Of a stretch of 32,000 nucleotides of DNA, positions 1-8,573 are shown piece by piece. A program made the position numbers and the translations under genes. Location: NCBI RefSeq assembly GCF_051201565.1, contig NZ_CP179200.1, positions 1,620,001-1,652,000 on the forward strand. Direction: 5' to 3'. The notes below the pieces were generated by a model. That model ran no database searches and was not told the DNA's origin. It worked only from the letters and a program-made list of their open reading frames with translations. The stretch comes from Pseudothioglobus sp. nBUS_23. Lineage in GTDB: Bacteria; Pseudomonadota; Gammaproteobacteria; PS1; Pseudothioglobaceae. Position 1 is the stretch's first letter, and every line of letters begins with the position of its first letter.

Positions 1-1
1 C

Positions 2-1045
2 TTCCCTGCGATGGTGCCGATGTGGATGTACCCAGTAGCGATTGCCTGTGGCAACACGTTCGTATTAAAACTCTCAGAGAAAGTACCCTCATGTGGGTTA
101 AGACTCACTGAACTCATGCATGAAGCTGGTCTTCCAGATGGCGTATTAAATACAATCGTTGGCGATAAAGAAGCAGTCGATGAAATCCTAACCAACCCTC
201 AAGTGAGAGCAGTGAGCTTTGTAGGCTCGACTGGTGTGGGTGAGTACATTTATCAAGAAGGCTCAAAAAATAACAAAAGAGTTCAAGCATTATGCGGCGC
301 TAAAAATCATATGATAGTGATGCCCGATGCTGATCTTGATCAAAGCAGTGATGCAATCATTGGAGCAGCCTATGGCTCTGCAGGTGAAAGATGTATGGCT
401 ATCTCTGTTGTGGTTGCAGTCGGAGATGAAACAGCAGATCAGCTGATTGAGTCTCTGACGCCTAAAGTTAAGTCACTGAAAATTGGCGCTTACGATGAGC
501 CTGGTGTTGAGATGGGCCCAGTCGTCTCCAAAGAAAGTCAGGAAAAAATTGTCTCTTATATTGATGCTGGACTCAAGGCCGGTGCTGATCTAAAAGTGGA
601 TGGCAGGTCTGAGACAGAAAGAGATGGCTTCTTTGTAGGCGGATGTCTTTTTGACAATGTCACCTCTGAGATGTCAATCTACACTGATGAAATCTTTGGT
701 CCAGTTCTCTCTGTGGTTAGAGTCTCAAGTTATGATGAAGCGCTTAAGCTTGTCAATGACCATGAATATGGTAACGGCACAGCCATTTTTACAAGGGACG
801 GTGATACTGCTAGGCACTTTACAACAAATGTGAAAGTGGGCATGGTTGGCGTTAACATACCCATCCCTGTTCCTGTAGCAATGCATAGTTTTGGCGGTTG
901 GAAGAGATCTCTTTTTGGCGGCTCCTCGATTCATGGAATGGAAGGCGTAAGGTTTTATACGCAGCTTAAAACGATTACCTCGAGATGGCCATCTGGCATT
1001 AGAAAGGGCGCTCAGTTCAATTTTGAGAGTGGAAAAGACGTTTAA
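2..1045 (+). CDS. mmsA: Methylmalonate/malonate-semialdehyde dehydrogenase (CoA-acylating), C-terminal ~347 aa; the 5' end lies outside the window
   Basis: The reading frame is open to the window edge. It shows aldehyde-dehydrogenase superfamily motifs (VAIACGNTFVLKLSEKVP, SFVGSTGVGEYIY). The catalytic Cys context GSAGERCMAISV and the C-terminal HSFGGWKRSLFG are typical of the MMSDH subfamily. Confidence 0.9.
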   Translation, partial: FPAMVPMWMYPVAIACGNTFVLKLSEKVPSCGLRLTELMHEAGLPDGVLNTIVGDKEAVDEILTNPQVRAVSFVGSTGVGEYIYQEGSKNNKRVQALCGAKNHMIVMPDADLDQSSDAIIGAAYGSAGERCMAISVVVAVGDETADQLIESLTPKVKSLKIGAYDEPGVEMGPVVSKESQEKIVSYIDAGLKAGADLKVDGRSETERDGFFVGGCLFDNVTSEMSIYTDEIFGPVLSVVRVSSYDEALKLVNDHEYGNGTAIFTRDGDTARHFTTNVKVGMVGVNIPIPVPVAMHSFGGWKRSLFGGSSIHGMEGVRFYTQLKTITSRWPSGIRKGAQFNFESGKDV

Positions 1046-1170
1046 TTTTCTTCTAGTTTCTCTGTAAATTTTATTCCATATTTTCTCTAACTTACAGCTG
1101 TAAAAAAACAGTTGACAGTGATTAAATTTCGTATCAAAATGCAGTTTATACATAAACTCAATCTACGAAC

Positions 1171-2727
1171 ATGACTAGACGAAAATCAGGTGGAAGAGAA
1201 GCTAGAATTGCTCTAAGAAATGCGCCACTAAAAGAAGAAGAAAAACCTGTCAATGCAGGTGAAATAGGTGGCAGATACAAACCCTTAAGTGACAAACAGG
1301 TTGGGGATATTGAAGCCAATATCTATAGAATTCTTGAAGAGGTTGGATTTGGTGATGCAACTCCCCATTGTATTGAAACCTGTGTCGCTTTTGGAGCAAC
1401 ACTTGGAGACGATGGAAGGTTACGAATGTCCAAAGAAATTGTTGACAAGGCAATCAATCTTTCGCAAAGTAATCTAACGCTTTTTGGTCAATCGCCAAAA
1501 CATGATTTAGATCTCAGTGGATCTAGAGTTCATTTTTCAACTGCTGGTGCTGCAGTTCTTATTGCTGATCCTGAAAACAATGAATACAGAGAGTCTGAGA
1601 GTCAAGATTTATACGACATGGCAAGAATCGCCGATAAGTGTGAGCATATTCATATGTTTCAACGAACTTGCGTTCTAAGAGATATTGCTAGCCCAAGAGA
1701 GATGGATCAAAACTCAGTTTATTGTGTTGCGATGGGAACTGAAAAACATGCTGGTGTTAGCTTTACAGAATCTAAACATGTAACTGATGCCCTAGAGATG
1801 CTTCATATGATTGCTGGGAGTGAGGAAAAGTGGAGAGAAAGACCTTTTATTAGTATGAGCAACTGTCATGTAGTTCCGCCAATGAAATTTGCAGAAGAAT
1901 CATTGGAGTGTGTACGTGTTGGGGTTGAGGGTGGTATGCCTATTTTACTTTTGTCAGCTGGCCAGGCTGGTGCTACCGCGCCACCATTATTACCAGGGGT
2001 AGTATCTCAGGCATGGGCTGAATGCCTTGGTGGCTTAGTTTATGTGAATGCAATTAAACCAGGAGCTCCTGCTATTCTTGGTACATGGCCATTTGTATCC
2101 GATCTTAGAACTGGAGCAATGTGTGGCGGCTCTCCAGAGCAAGGCTTGATTTCAGCTGCTTGTGCGCAAATGGGAAATCATTTTAATCTGCCTACTGGAA
2201 CACCAGCCGGAATGACTGACTCAAAATTTCCTGACTTCCAGGCTGGATCTGAAAGAGCATCAACTCATGCTGTCACTGCGATTGCAGGAGCGAATATCGT
2301 ATATGAATCTGCTGGGATGTATGCAAGCTTACTTGGTACATGTCCAGAAAGCCTCCTATTAGATAATGATTTACTTGGAGCCTCCATGAGAATGACTAAA
2401 GGCTTTAGTGATGATAGCGAAGAGTCTCTGTGCTTTGAAACTATCAAAGATGTTTGTTTAAACGATAAGGCACATTATCTAGGCTCAGAACAAACAATTG
2501 ATGTGATGCAAAGTGAATACATCTATCCTGAACTGAGCGATAGAGATAGTCCAAATGATTGGGCTGATATGGGAAAACCGGTTATTTTGGAAAAAGCAAT
2601 CCAGCAAAAAAATGAAATTTTATCTGAATATTTTCCTAGTCATATCAGTGATGATGTAGATCAAAAAATAAGAAATAAATTCAATATTAAATTAAGTAGA
2701 AAGAACATTGGTCGTAAGCCACTTTAG
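1171..2727 (+). CDS. MttB-superfamily (trimethylamine methyltransferase-like) protein, non-pyrrolysine type; probable quaternary-amine (betaine-type) methyltransferase with unknown substrate
   Basis: 518-aa uninterrupted ORF with no in-frame TAG. The N-terminus (RRKSGGREARIALRNAPL...GGRYKPLSDKQV..I...ILEEVGF) matches the proteobacterial non-Pyl MttB family as I remember it. Length is typical at ~500-520 aa. Confidence 0.82.
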   Translation: MTRRKSGGREARIALRNAPLKEEEKPVNAGEIGGRYKPLSDKQVGDIEANIYRILEEVGFGDATPHCIETCVAFGATLGDDGRLRMSKEIVDKAINLSQSNLTLFGQSPKHDLDLSGSRVHFSTAGAAVLIADPENNEYRESESQDLYDMARIADKCEHIHMFQRTCVLRDIASPREMDQNSVYCVAMGTEKHAGVSFTESKHVTDALEMLHMIAGSEEKWRERPFISMSNCHVVPPMKFAEESLECVRVGVEGGMPILLLSAGQAGATAPPLLPGVVSQAWAECLGGLVYVNAIKPGAPAILGTWPFVSDLRTGAMCGGSPEQGLISAACAQMGNHFNLPTGTPAGMTDSKFPDFQAGSERASTHAVTAIAGANIVYESAGMYASLLGTCPESLLLDNDLLGASMRMTKGFSDDSEESLCFETIKDVCLNDKAHYLGSEQTIDVMQSEYIYPELSDRDSPNDWADMGKPVILEKAIQQKNEILSEYFPSHISDDVDQKIRNKFNIKLSRKNIGRKPL

Positions 2728-2741
2728 ACAAGGATAGTATT

Positions 2742-5159
2742 ATGAAATCACATGCTCAAGTAGTCATCATTGGTGGTGGATCGTTAGGTGTAAATCTAAT
2801 GTATCACCTTGGACTAGAAGGCTGGACTGACGTTGTTCTAATCGAAAAGGGTGAACTCACCAGTGGCTCTACCTGGCATGCTGCTGGGCTTTGTCCTAAC
2901 TTTAATGGCAATCACACTCTGTCCAATATTCACGAGTATACAATTAAACTGTATGACGAAATCCTCCCTGAAAAAACAGGGCTCCCGTCATCTTTTCATA
3001 AGACTGGCTCTCTAAGGGTTGGCTACACTGAAGTTGAAGAGCAGTGGTTCACTAACATCCTTAGTCGCGCCAATCACGTTGGCTGTGAAATGCATTTTGT
3101 CTCTAAAGAAGAAGCATCAATCATCAATCCAATGATGGATTTTACGAAGGCAAGAAATATTTTACATACGCCAAATGACGGTCATGTTGACCCGACGACT
3201 GTTGTCACACAATTAGCTCAATTAGCAAAAAAAGCTGGCGCAGAGGTAAGCAACTTCAATCGTGTATTAGATATTAATGTTCTCCAATCTGGTGAATATG
3301 AAGTGGTCACTGAGCAAGGCAACATTATTGCTGAGCATTTGGTCAATGCTGGCGGTTGTTTTTCTCCTCAGGTTGGTGAAATGGTTGGCTCCTATGTCCC
3401 TTTGGTTAATCTTCAACATCAATATTTGATTACTGATAGCCATCCAGAAATTGCAGCTCTTTCAAAGGAGCTTCCTGTAACTCGCGATTCAATTGCGGCC
3501 TCATATATAAGGCAGGAAGGAAATGGATTTTTAATTGGTCCATATGAAACTAGAGGCTCTAAACCTTGGGCGCTTGATGGAGTTGATTGGTCATTTGATC
3601 GCGAGCTCTTTGAAGGTGATTTAGAGAGGCTCATGCCATGGCTTGAAAGGTGTATGGATATTTTTCCTCTCTTTAAAGAAGTTGGAATCAATACTGTAAT
3701 TAATGGATTAATCACACATACTCCTGACGATAATCTTCTTGTTGGACCTGCGAAAGGACTTAAGAACTTTTGGAATCTCTGCGGCGCAAGTATTGGAATT
3801 GCTCAAGGTGGAATTGGTAAATATTTAGCTCAATGGATGGTTCATGGTCAAACTGAGCTCAATATGGCCTCGCTTGATAGTCGTCGATTTGATAGATGGG
3901 CTGACAAAAAATATTGCACAACACGTGCAATTGAATCATATGAACGCATGTACGCCTATGCAGCGCCAAACGAAAATCGCCCTCATGGAAGACCAATTAG
4001 AGTAAGTCCTCTTCATACTTTGTTGAGTCAAAAAGGCGCTATACATACAGTCAATACTGGCTTTGAAAAACCTTCTTGGTTTGCAACAGATGAGATTAGA
4101 GGTGAGACTTTATCCTGGGCTCACACTGAAGCACATGAAGCCATCAAAGAGGAGTGCAAAGCAGTTCAAAACTCTTGTGGCATTACCGACATCAGTGGTA
4201 CGGCAAAATTTAGAATCACTGGTAAAGATGCCTTTGATTTTCTTGACAAGTTGTCTTGCAACAAACTGCCCGCAAAGGATGGAAGAATTGGTTTGACACT
4301 TTTTCATGCTCCGAAAGGAGGCATTATGGCAGAGCAAACAATCAGTCGTATTAGTAAAGAAGAATTCCTATTAATGGGTGCCATTGGATCTGAAGTCAAA
4401 GACTATCAATGGCTTGAATGGAATGTGGATGGTCTAGATGTAACCATTGAAAATTTAACTGAAGACTGGGGTGGAATTCTATTAACTGGGCCTGAAGCCA
4501 GAAATGTTTTGAGCCAATGCACTCAAGAAGATCTCAGCAATAATGGGTTTTCTTGGCTCAGTTGTAAAACTGTAAAAATTGACTCGGCAGACGTTTTTGC
4601 AATGCGAGTTTCATATGCTGGAGAATTGGGCTGGGAACTCCATATGCCTAGCTGGCAGTTAATCTCTATCTATGAATCTTTATTTGAAATGGGCTCGACT
4701 TTTGGCATTAGAGATTTTGGTGGTCTGGCATTTAATAGCATGAGGCTTGAGAAAATGTATAGAGCATATGGAGCTGAGTTTACTGAAGAGATTTCTGCGC
4801 TCGAAGCTGGTATGGATCGATTTCTTGATCTGAGTCGAAACTTTATTGGCTCTGACAATATCAAACAACGTAAATCTGATGGAGTTAAAACTCAATTAGC
4901 GTACCTGATATTTGATGATGAAACTCCGGCAGAATGTTTTGGAAACGAGGCTGTCTTTGATGGAGATGAACTTAGCGGAATAATCACAAGTGGTGCATAT
5001 GGCTATAGAGTTGGCCATAGTATCGCTTTTGCCTACCTCAACCCGAGCCACTGCTCTGAAGGAAAGGCGCTCAGAGTAGAAACATCTCTGGGAACTCGAA
5101 ATTGTCATGTCTCTCTGAATGCTGCATACGATAACGATAATGAAAAACTTCGCTCGTAA
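2742..5159 (+). CDS. Dimethylglycine/sarcosine dehydrogenase-family flavoenzyme: N-terminal FAD oxidoreductase plus C-terminal GcvT-like folate-binding aminomethyltransferase domain
   Basis: 805 aa. It has an N-terminal Rossmann motif (VVIIGGGSLGVN) and the SGSTWHAAGL motif, the covalent-FAD histidine context of the DMGDH/SARDH family. The C-terminal half is GcvT-like (YAGELGWELH, FGGLAFNSMRLEK). An AAGGA Shine-Dalgarno sequence sits upstream of the ATG. Confidence 0.87.
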   Translation: MKSHAQVVIIGGGSLGVNLMYHLGLEGWTDVVLIEKGELTSGSTWHAAGLCPNFNGNHTLSNIHEYTIKLYDEILPEKTGLPSSFHKTGSLRVGYTEVEEQWFTNILSRANHVGCEMHFVSKEEASIINPMMDFTKARNILHTPNDGHVDPTTVVTQLAQLAKKAGAEVSNFNRVLDINVLQSGEYEVVTEQGNIIAEHLVNAGGCFSPQVGEMVGSYVPLVNLQHQYLITDSHPEIAALSKELPVTRDSIAASYIRQEGNGFLIGPYETRGSKPWALDGVDWSFDRELFEGDLERLMPWLERCMDIFPLFKEVGINTVINGLITHTPDDNLLVGPAKGLKNFWNLCGASIGIAQGGIGKYLAQWMVHGQTELNMASLDSRRFDRWADKKYCTTRAIESYERMYAYAAPNENRPHGRPIRVSPLHTLLSQKGAIHTVNTGFEKPSWFATDEIRGETLSWAHTEAHEAIKEECKAVQNSCGITDISGTAKFRITGKDAFDFLDKLSCNKLPAKDGRIGLTLFHAPKGGIMAEQTISRISKEEFLLMGAIGSEVKDYQWLEWNVDGLDVTIENLTEDWGGILLTGPEARNVLSQCTQEDLSNNGFSWLSCKTVKIDSADVFAMRVSYAGELGWELHMPSWQLISIYESLFEMGSTFGIRDFGGLAFNSMRLEKMYRAYGAEFTEEISALEAGMDRFLDLSRNFIGSDNIKQRKSDGVKTQLAYLIFDDETPAECFGNEAVFDGDELSGIITSGAYGYRVGHSIAFAYLNPSHCSEGKALRVETSLGTRNCHVSLNAAYDNDNEKLRS

Positions 5160-5198
5160 ATGACAACTATACTAAAATGCTTCTCAAAAAAATAAGTT

Positions 5199-5393
5199 AT
5201 GAGTGAACAAGCCAGACTAAAACAAATCAAAAGCCCTTGTGTGAGTATATGTAAATACAATCAGAACAATTTCTGTGTGGGTTGCAAACGTCACATGAAT
5301 GAAATTTTTGATTGGTTTGATTTTTCTGATGACATGAGAACTGCAATCATGGCAGATCTATTGACCCGCGATATTGATGCTGAAAGTCAATAA
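5199..5393 (+). CDS. DUF1289-type small cysteine-rich protein (putative Fe-S/metal-binding)
   Basis: 64 aa with SPCVSICKYNQNNFCVGCKRHMNEIFDW, a CX3CX7CX2C pattern followed by a conserved ..EI..W, as in the DUF1289 family. Confidence 0.65.
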   Translation: MSEQARLKQIKSPCVSICKYNQNNFCVGCKRHMNEIFDWFDFSDDMRTAIMADLLTRDIDAESQ

Positions 5394-5401
5394 TTCATTG
5401 T

Positions 5402-6010
5402 TTAAAAGTAAAAAAGGCTTAAGCCAACACCAATCATAATTACCCCAAAAGTCCTGTTCACTCTCATGGCCATTTTTTCACTACTTATTATTTGCCTTAA
5501 TTTTTTTCCTAGAATACCGATAAATAATAAACCGAACAACAGTGAAATAGCAACCGTAGCTACGATTTTCAATCCATAAGATAAGCTAACTTGATTGAGA
5601 TCAATCAAAGATGGAAGAACAGATAAATAAAAAATCATCACCTTTGGATTAGTTCCAGCTAAGAGAAAGCCCATCAAAAGTTCTTTCAAATGAGATTGAG
5701 CTGAAATATCATTGCTCATACTAAATTTTCCAGCCTTCCATTGGGAGTAGCCCAAATAAAATAAGTAACAGGCACCAAAGTATTGGATCGCATTTGTAAC
5801 AGGCGTAATCAAATCAGCGAGGGCGTTTAGAGAAAAAATGACAATGGTTAAATAAGACAAATCACCGAGCGTCATTCCGAGAGAAAAGAATATTGCCGAG
5901 GCTAGGCCTCTTGACGTTGAAATAGAGAGAAGTGCCAAAGTCCCAGGACCTGGGGTCACTGCAAAAATGAAAAGAGTAAAGCCAAGGACTAAAAAAATAC
6001 TTATTTCCAT
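5402..6010 (-). CDS. LysE/RhtB-family amino-acid (or derivative) exporter, paralog 1
   Basis: 202 aa and strongly hydrophobic, with about 6 predicted TM segments. It carries the N-terminal family signature TPGPG and an internal GTNPK motif. Confidence 0.85.
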   Translation of the reverse strand: MEISIFLVLGFTLFIFAVTPGPGTLALLSISTSRGLASAIFFSLGMTLGDLSYLTIVIFSLNALADLITPVTNAIQYFGACYLFYLGYSQWKAGKFSMSNDISAQSHLKELLMGFLLAGTNPKVMIFYLSVLPSLIDLNQVSLSYGLKIVATVAISLLFGLLFIGILGKKLRQIISSEKMAMRVNRTFGVIMIGVGLSLFYF

Positions 6011-6029
6011 AATTTATCTATACTCATAA

Positions 6030-6929
6030 TTATTGAAAAGGGATCATATTTTTTAACTTCAAATCGTTAAGGACAACGAGAGCCGAAACAGCCATTAAGA
6101 TCCCAATTGCATTTTTTATAGTAATCATTTCTTCAAAGAAAATTGCGCCCAGTGCGATTGCAAAGAATGGAGTTAATATACTAAAAGCGGAGCTCTTTTT
6201 TGAGCCAATAATTCTAATGCCCATATAGTAGAGTGCTGTTATCGCAGTTCCAGCAATAAATGATACGAAAAGCATATTAATCCAAAATATAAAATCCATA
6301 GTCCATAATGTGAAAAGATGATTACTATCATAAGATAAATTCCAATCAATCAAAAAGCCTATAAGACAGACATAAAGATTAATAGTCAGAACATGAATAT
6401 TTTTCATATAAGAGGCAGCTACAGTGAACATTGCATAGGTAAGAGCAGCCAATACAAAATAAATATTACCCCCACTTACAAGTGTATCAAGATTCATTTG
6501 TTCCAGATTAAGCATTAAAGCGACACCTATTGCTCCAATTGTCAGTGCGAGCCAATCCTTCAAAATAGGTTTTGATTTTTTGGAAAAAATCATCATGACA
6601 TAAACAAAAATTGGAATTAAAACGGTTACTAAAGCAGCGCCTAAACCAACCGCACCCCTCTGCATCCCCATGAAGTAGGTTCTATAGTTTCCGATCAGAA
6701 AAAAAGCCAAAAGAATGCAAATCACAAAGTTTTTTAAACTTATTTTTATAGGAATTTTCATCCATAAAAGCAAAGGGAATGTTGAAAGCGCGGACAGAAA
6801 AAATCTATAGACGACCACCTCATCCTCACTGATATAGAAAGACAGATATTTTGCTGAAACTCCTGACAATGCCCATACCAATGGAACAAGGAACATAATT
6901 AGCGTCATTGATTTTTCAGATTGAAACAT
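6030..6929 (-). CDS. EamA/DMT-superfamily transporter (10-TM drug/metabolite exporter type)
   Basis: 299 aa, highly hydrophobic, with the two-fold internal repeat architecture typical of EamA domains. The start is uncertain; an alternative Met lies 7 codons in. Confidence 0.8.
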   Translation of the reverse strand: MFQSEKSMTLIMFLVPLVWALSGVSAKYLSFYISEDEVVVYRFFLSALSTFPLLLWMKIPIKISLKNFVICILLAFFLIGNYRTYFMGMQRGAVGLGAALVTVLIPIFVYVMMIFSKKSKPILKDWLALTIGAIGVALMLNLEQMNLDTLVSGGNIYFVLAALTYAMFTVAASYMKNIHVLTINLYVCLIGFLIDWNLSYDSNHLFTLWTMDFIFWINMLFVSFIAGTAITALYYMGIRIIGSKKSSAFSILTPFFAIALGAIFFEEMITIKNAIGILMAVSALVVLNDLKLKNMIPFQ

Positions 6930-6946
6930 CTACATCCTTTTTTTAT

Positions 6947-7555
6947 TCAATAAAGTGCGACAAAAACACCAACAAGAATCATAGTCACGCCAGTCACTTG
7001 ATTTATCCTCCTGATGCTATCAGGATTTTCAATATAGCTTCTTAGTCTAACACCTAAAATATTTGCCAAACTTAAAACAAAAAAAACAGTTAAGCCAATT
7101 GCTACTATCACTTGAACTTCAGTATTTAAAGTCAGGTTATTTAAGTCTATAAAAATTGGAAGGAAGGATAGATAGAAGATAATTGTTTTTGGATTAGTTA
7201 CTCCAACAACAAACCCAGCTATTAAAAGCTTTATGACTGAACTCTTTTTACTGGAAGGTTCAAAGCTAATTCCTTTTGAGCGAAATTGTTGATACCCAAT
7301 AAATATTAAATAGGATGCCCCAAGGATCTTAACATAGAGCATACTCTCATTAATCAAATCAGCCAATGCATTGAGAGCTAGCATTGCAAGAGCTACATAA
7401 ATAATATCACCAACTGTATGGCCTATAGAAACCCAAATTGCAGGGATTGGTCCAAATCGAGTAGAAATCGCCAACACTGCAAATAAACCAGGGCCGGGTG
7501 AAATTGCATAAACGAAAGTGGCAATCATCAGAGAAAGTAGGGTAAGGAAATCCAT
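6947..7555 (-). CDS. LysE/RhtB-family exporter, paralog 2
   Basis: 202 aa with the SPGPG and VTNPK motifs. It aligns without gaps to the 5402-6010 product, with 31 of the first 70 residues identical by my manual count, including the shared LNALADLI. Confidence 0.85.
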   Translation of the reverse strand: MDFLTLLSLMIATFVYAISPGPGLFAVLAISTRFGPIPAIWVSIGHTVGDIIYVALAMLALNALADLINESMLYVKILGASYLIFIGYQQFRSKGISFEPSSKKSSVIKLLIAGFVVGVTNPKTIIFYLSFLPIFIDLNNLTLNTEVQVIVAIGLTVFFVLSLANILGVRLRSYIENPDSIRRINQVTGVTMILVGVFVALY

Positions 7556-7622
7556 TGCAAGATTATAAACATTGCATCTGCTATAATTATCATTAAATTT
7601 TTTACCTCTATTAGTGCATTAA

Positions 7623-8573
7623 ATGAACTTAAACTACTTAGACTTTGAACAACCAATTGCAGAACTTGAAGAAAAAATTGATGCCCTTGAAAGTATCAAA
7701 GATGATGCAGATATTGCAAAAGAGATGGAATCTCTGAAGGCTAAAAGCGAGCTCTTAACTAAGAAAATTTTTTCATCACTGACTGATTGGCAAATCTCAC
7801 AACTAGCTAGGCACCCTCAAAGACTATACACATTAGACTATATTGAGACTATTTTTGATGAATTTACTGAACTATGTGGAGACCGAGCTTATGCAAACGA
7901 CCATTCTTTAATTGGTGGAATTGCAAAAATTGACGATCTAACATTTATGTTTCTTGGTCAACAAAAAGGTCGATCTACAAAAGAAAAAATCTATCATAAT
8001 TTTGGAATGACTAGACCTGAAGGTTATCGAAAAGCGCTAAGGCTTATGAAGATGGCAGAAAAATTTGGCTTACCAGTAATTACTTTTATTGATACGCCAG
8101 GGGCCTATCCAGGAATTGGAGCTGAAGAAAGAGGTCAGAGTGAGGCAATTGCTAAAAATCTATTCGAAATGTCTACGCTTAAGACTCCAATTCTTTCTGT
8201 CGTCATAGGTGAAGGTGGTTCTGGAGGGGCCCTAGCTATTGGACTATGCGACACCATGATGATGTTTGAATACAGTATTTATTCTGTCATTTCACCTGAA
8301 GGGTGCGCTTCAATTCTTTATAAAGATGCCTCAAAGGCGCCAATTGCTGCTGAATCACTTAAGTTAACAAGTAAACATTTAAAGAAAAATAAACTAATTG
8401 AAAAAGTTATTCCTGAACCCTTGGGTGGAATCCATAGAGACCCAGAGAAAGCCTCTAAATTTCTCAAAAAAGCACTGGTTAAAGAGCTTAAAAACTTATC
8501 AGAAATACCAATTAAGAAGCTTTTAGAAGATAGGCATGAAAAATTATTAAGCTTTGGAAGATTTAGCGAATAA
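7623..8573 (+). CDS. accA: Acetyl-CoA carboxylase carboxyltransferase subunit alpha
   Basis: 316 aa. N-terminus [19 protein letters not shown], plus [23 protein letters not shown] and [12 protein letters not shown], are all hallmark AccA sequences. Confidence 0.96.
   Translation: MNLNYLDFEQPIAELEEKIDALESIKDDADIAKEMESLKAKSELLTKKIFSSLTDWQISQLARHPQRLYTLDYIETIFDEFTELCGDRAYANDHSLIGGIAKIDDLTFMFLGQQKGRSTKEKIYHNFGMTRPEGYRKALRLMKMAEKFGLPVITFIDTPGAYPGIGAEERGQSEAIAKNLFEMSTLKTPILSVVIGEGGSGGALAIGLCDTMMMFEYSIYSVISPEGCASILYKDASKAPIAAESLKLTSKHLKKNKLIEKVIPEPLGGIHRDPEKASKFLKKALVKELKNLSEIPIKKLLEDRHEKLLSFGRFSE

Noticed and set aside
1097-1140. Promoter/operator upstream of mttB (ACAGCTGT palindrome, TTGACA at 1112-1117)
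   Set aside because: TTGACA is a perfect -35, but the best -10 at 17-nt spacing is only CAAAAT and the palindrome is just 8 nt. It is plausible, but too weak to call as a feature without TSS data.
725-1153. 142-aa minus-strand ORF spanning the 3' end of mmsA and the mmsA-mttB spacer
   Set aside because: It is almost entirely antisense to a well-supported aldehyde-dehydrogenase frame. The product has odd composition (Cys/Phe/Lys/Arg-rich), no recognisable motif and no ribosome-binding site. It looks like a typical shadow ORF.
1171-2727. Possible pyrrolysine (in-frame UAG) in the MttB homolog
   Set aside because: The ORF is continuous over its full family-typical length with no internal TAG, and no pyl genes are present. 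It is therefore a non-Pyl member.
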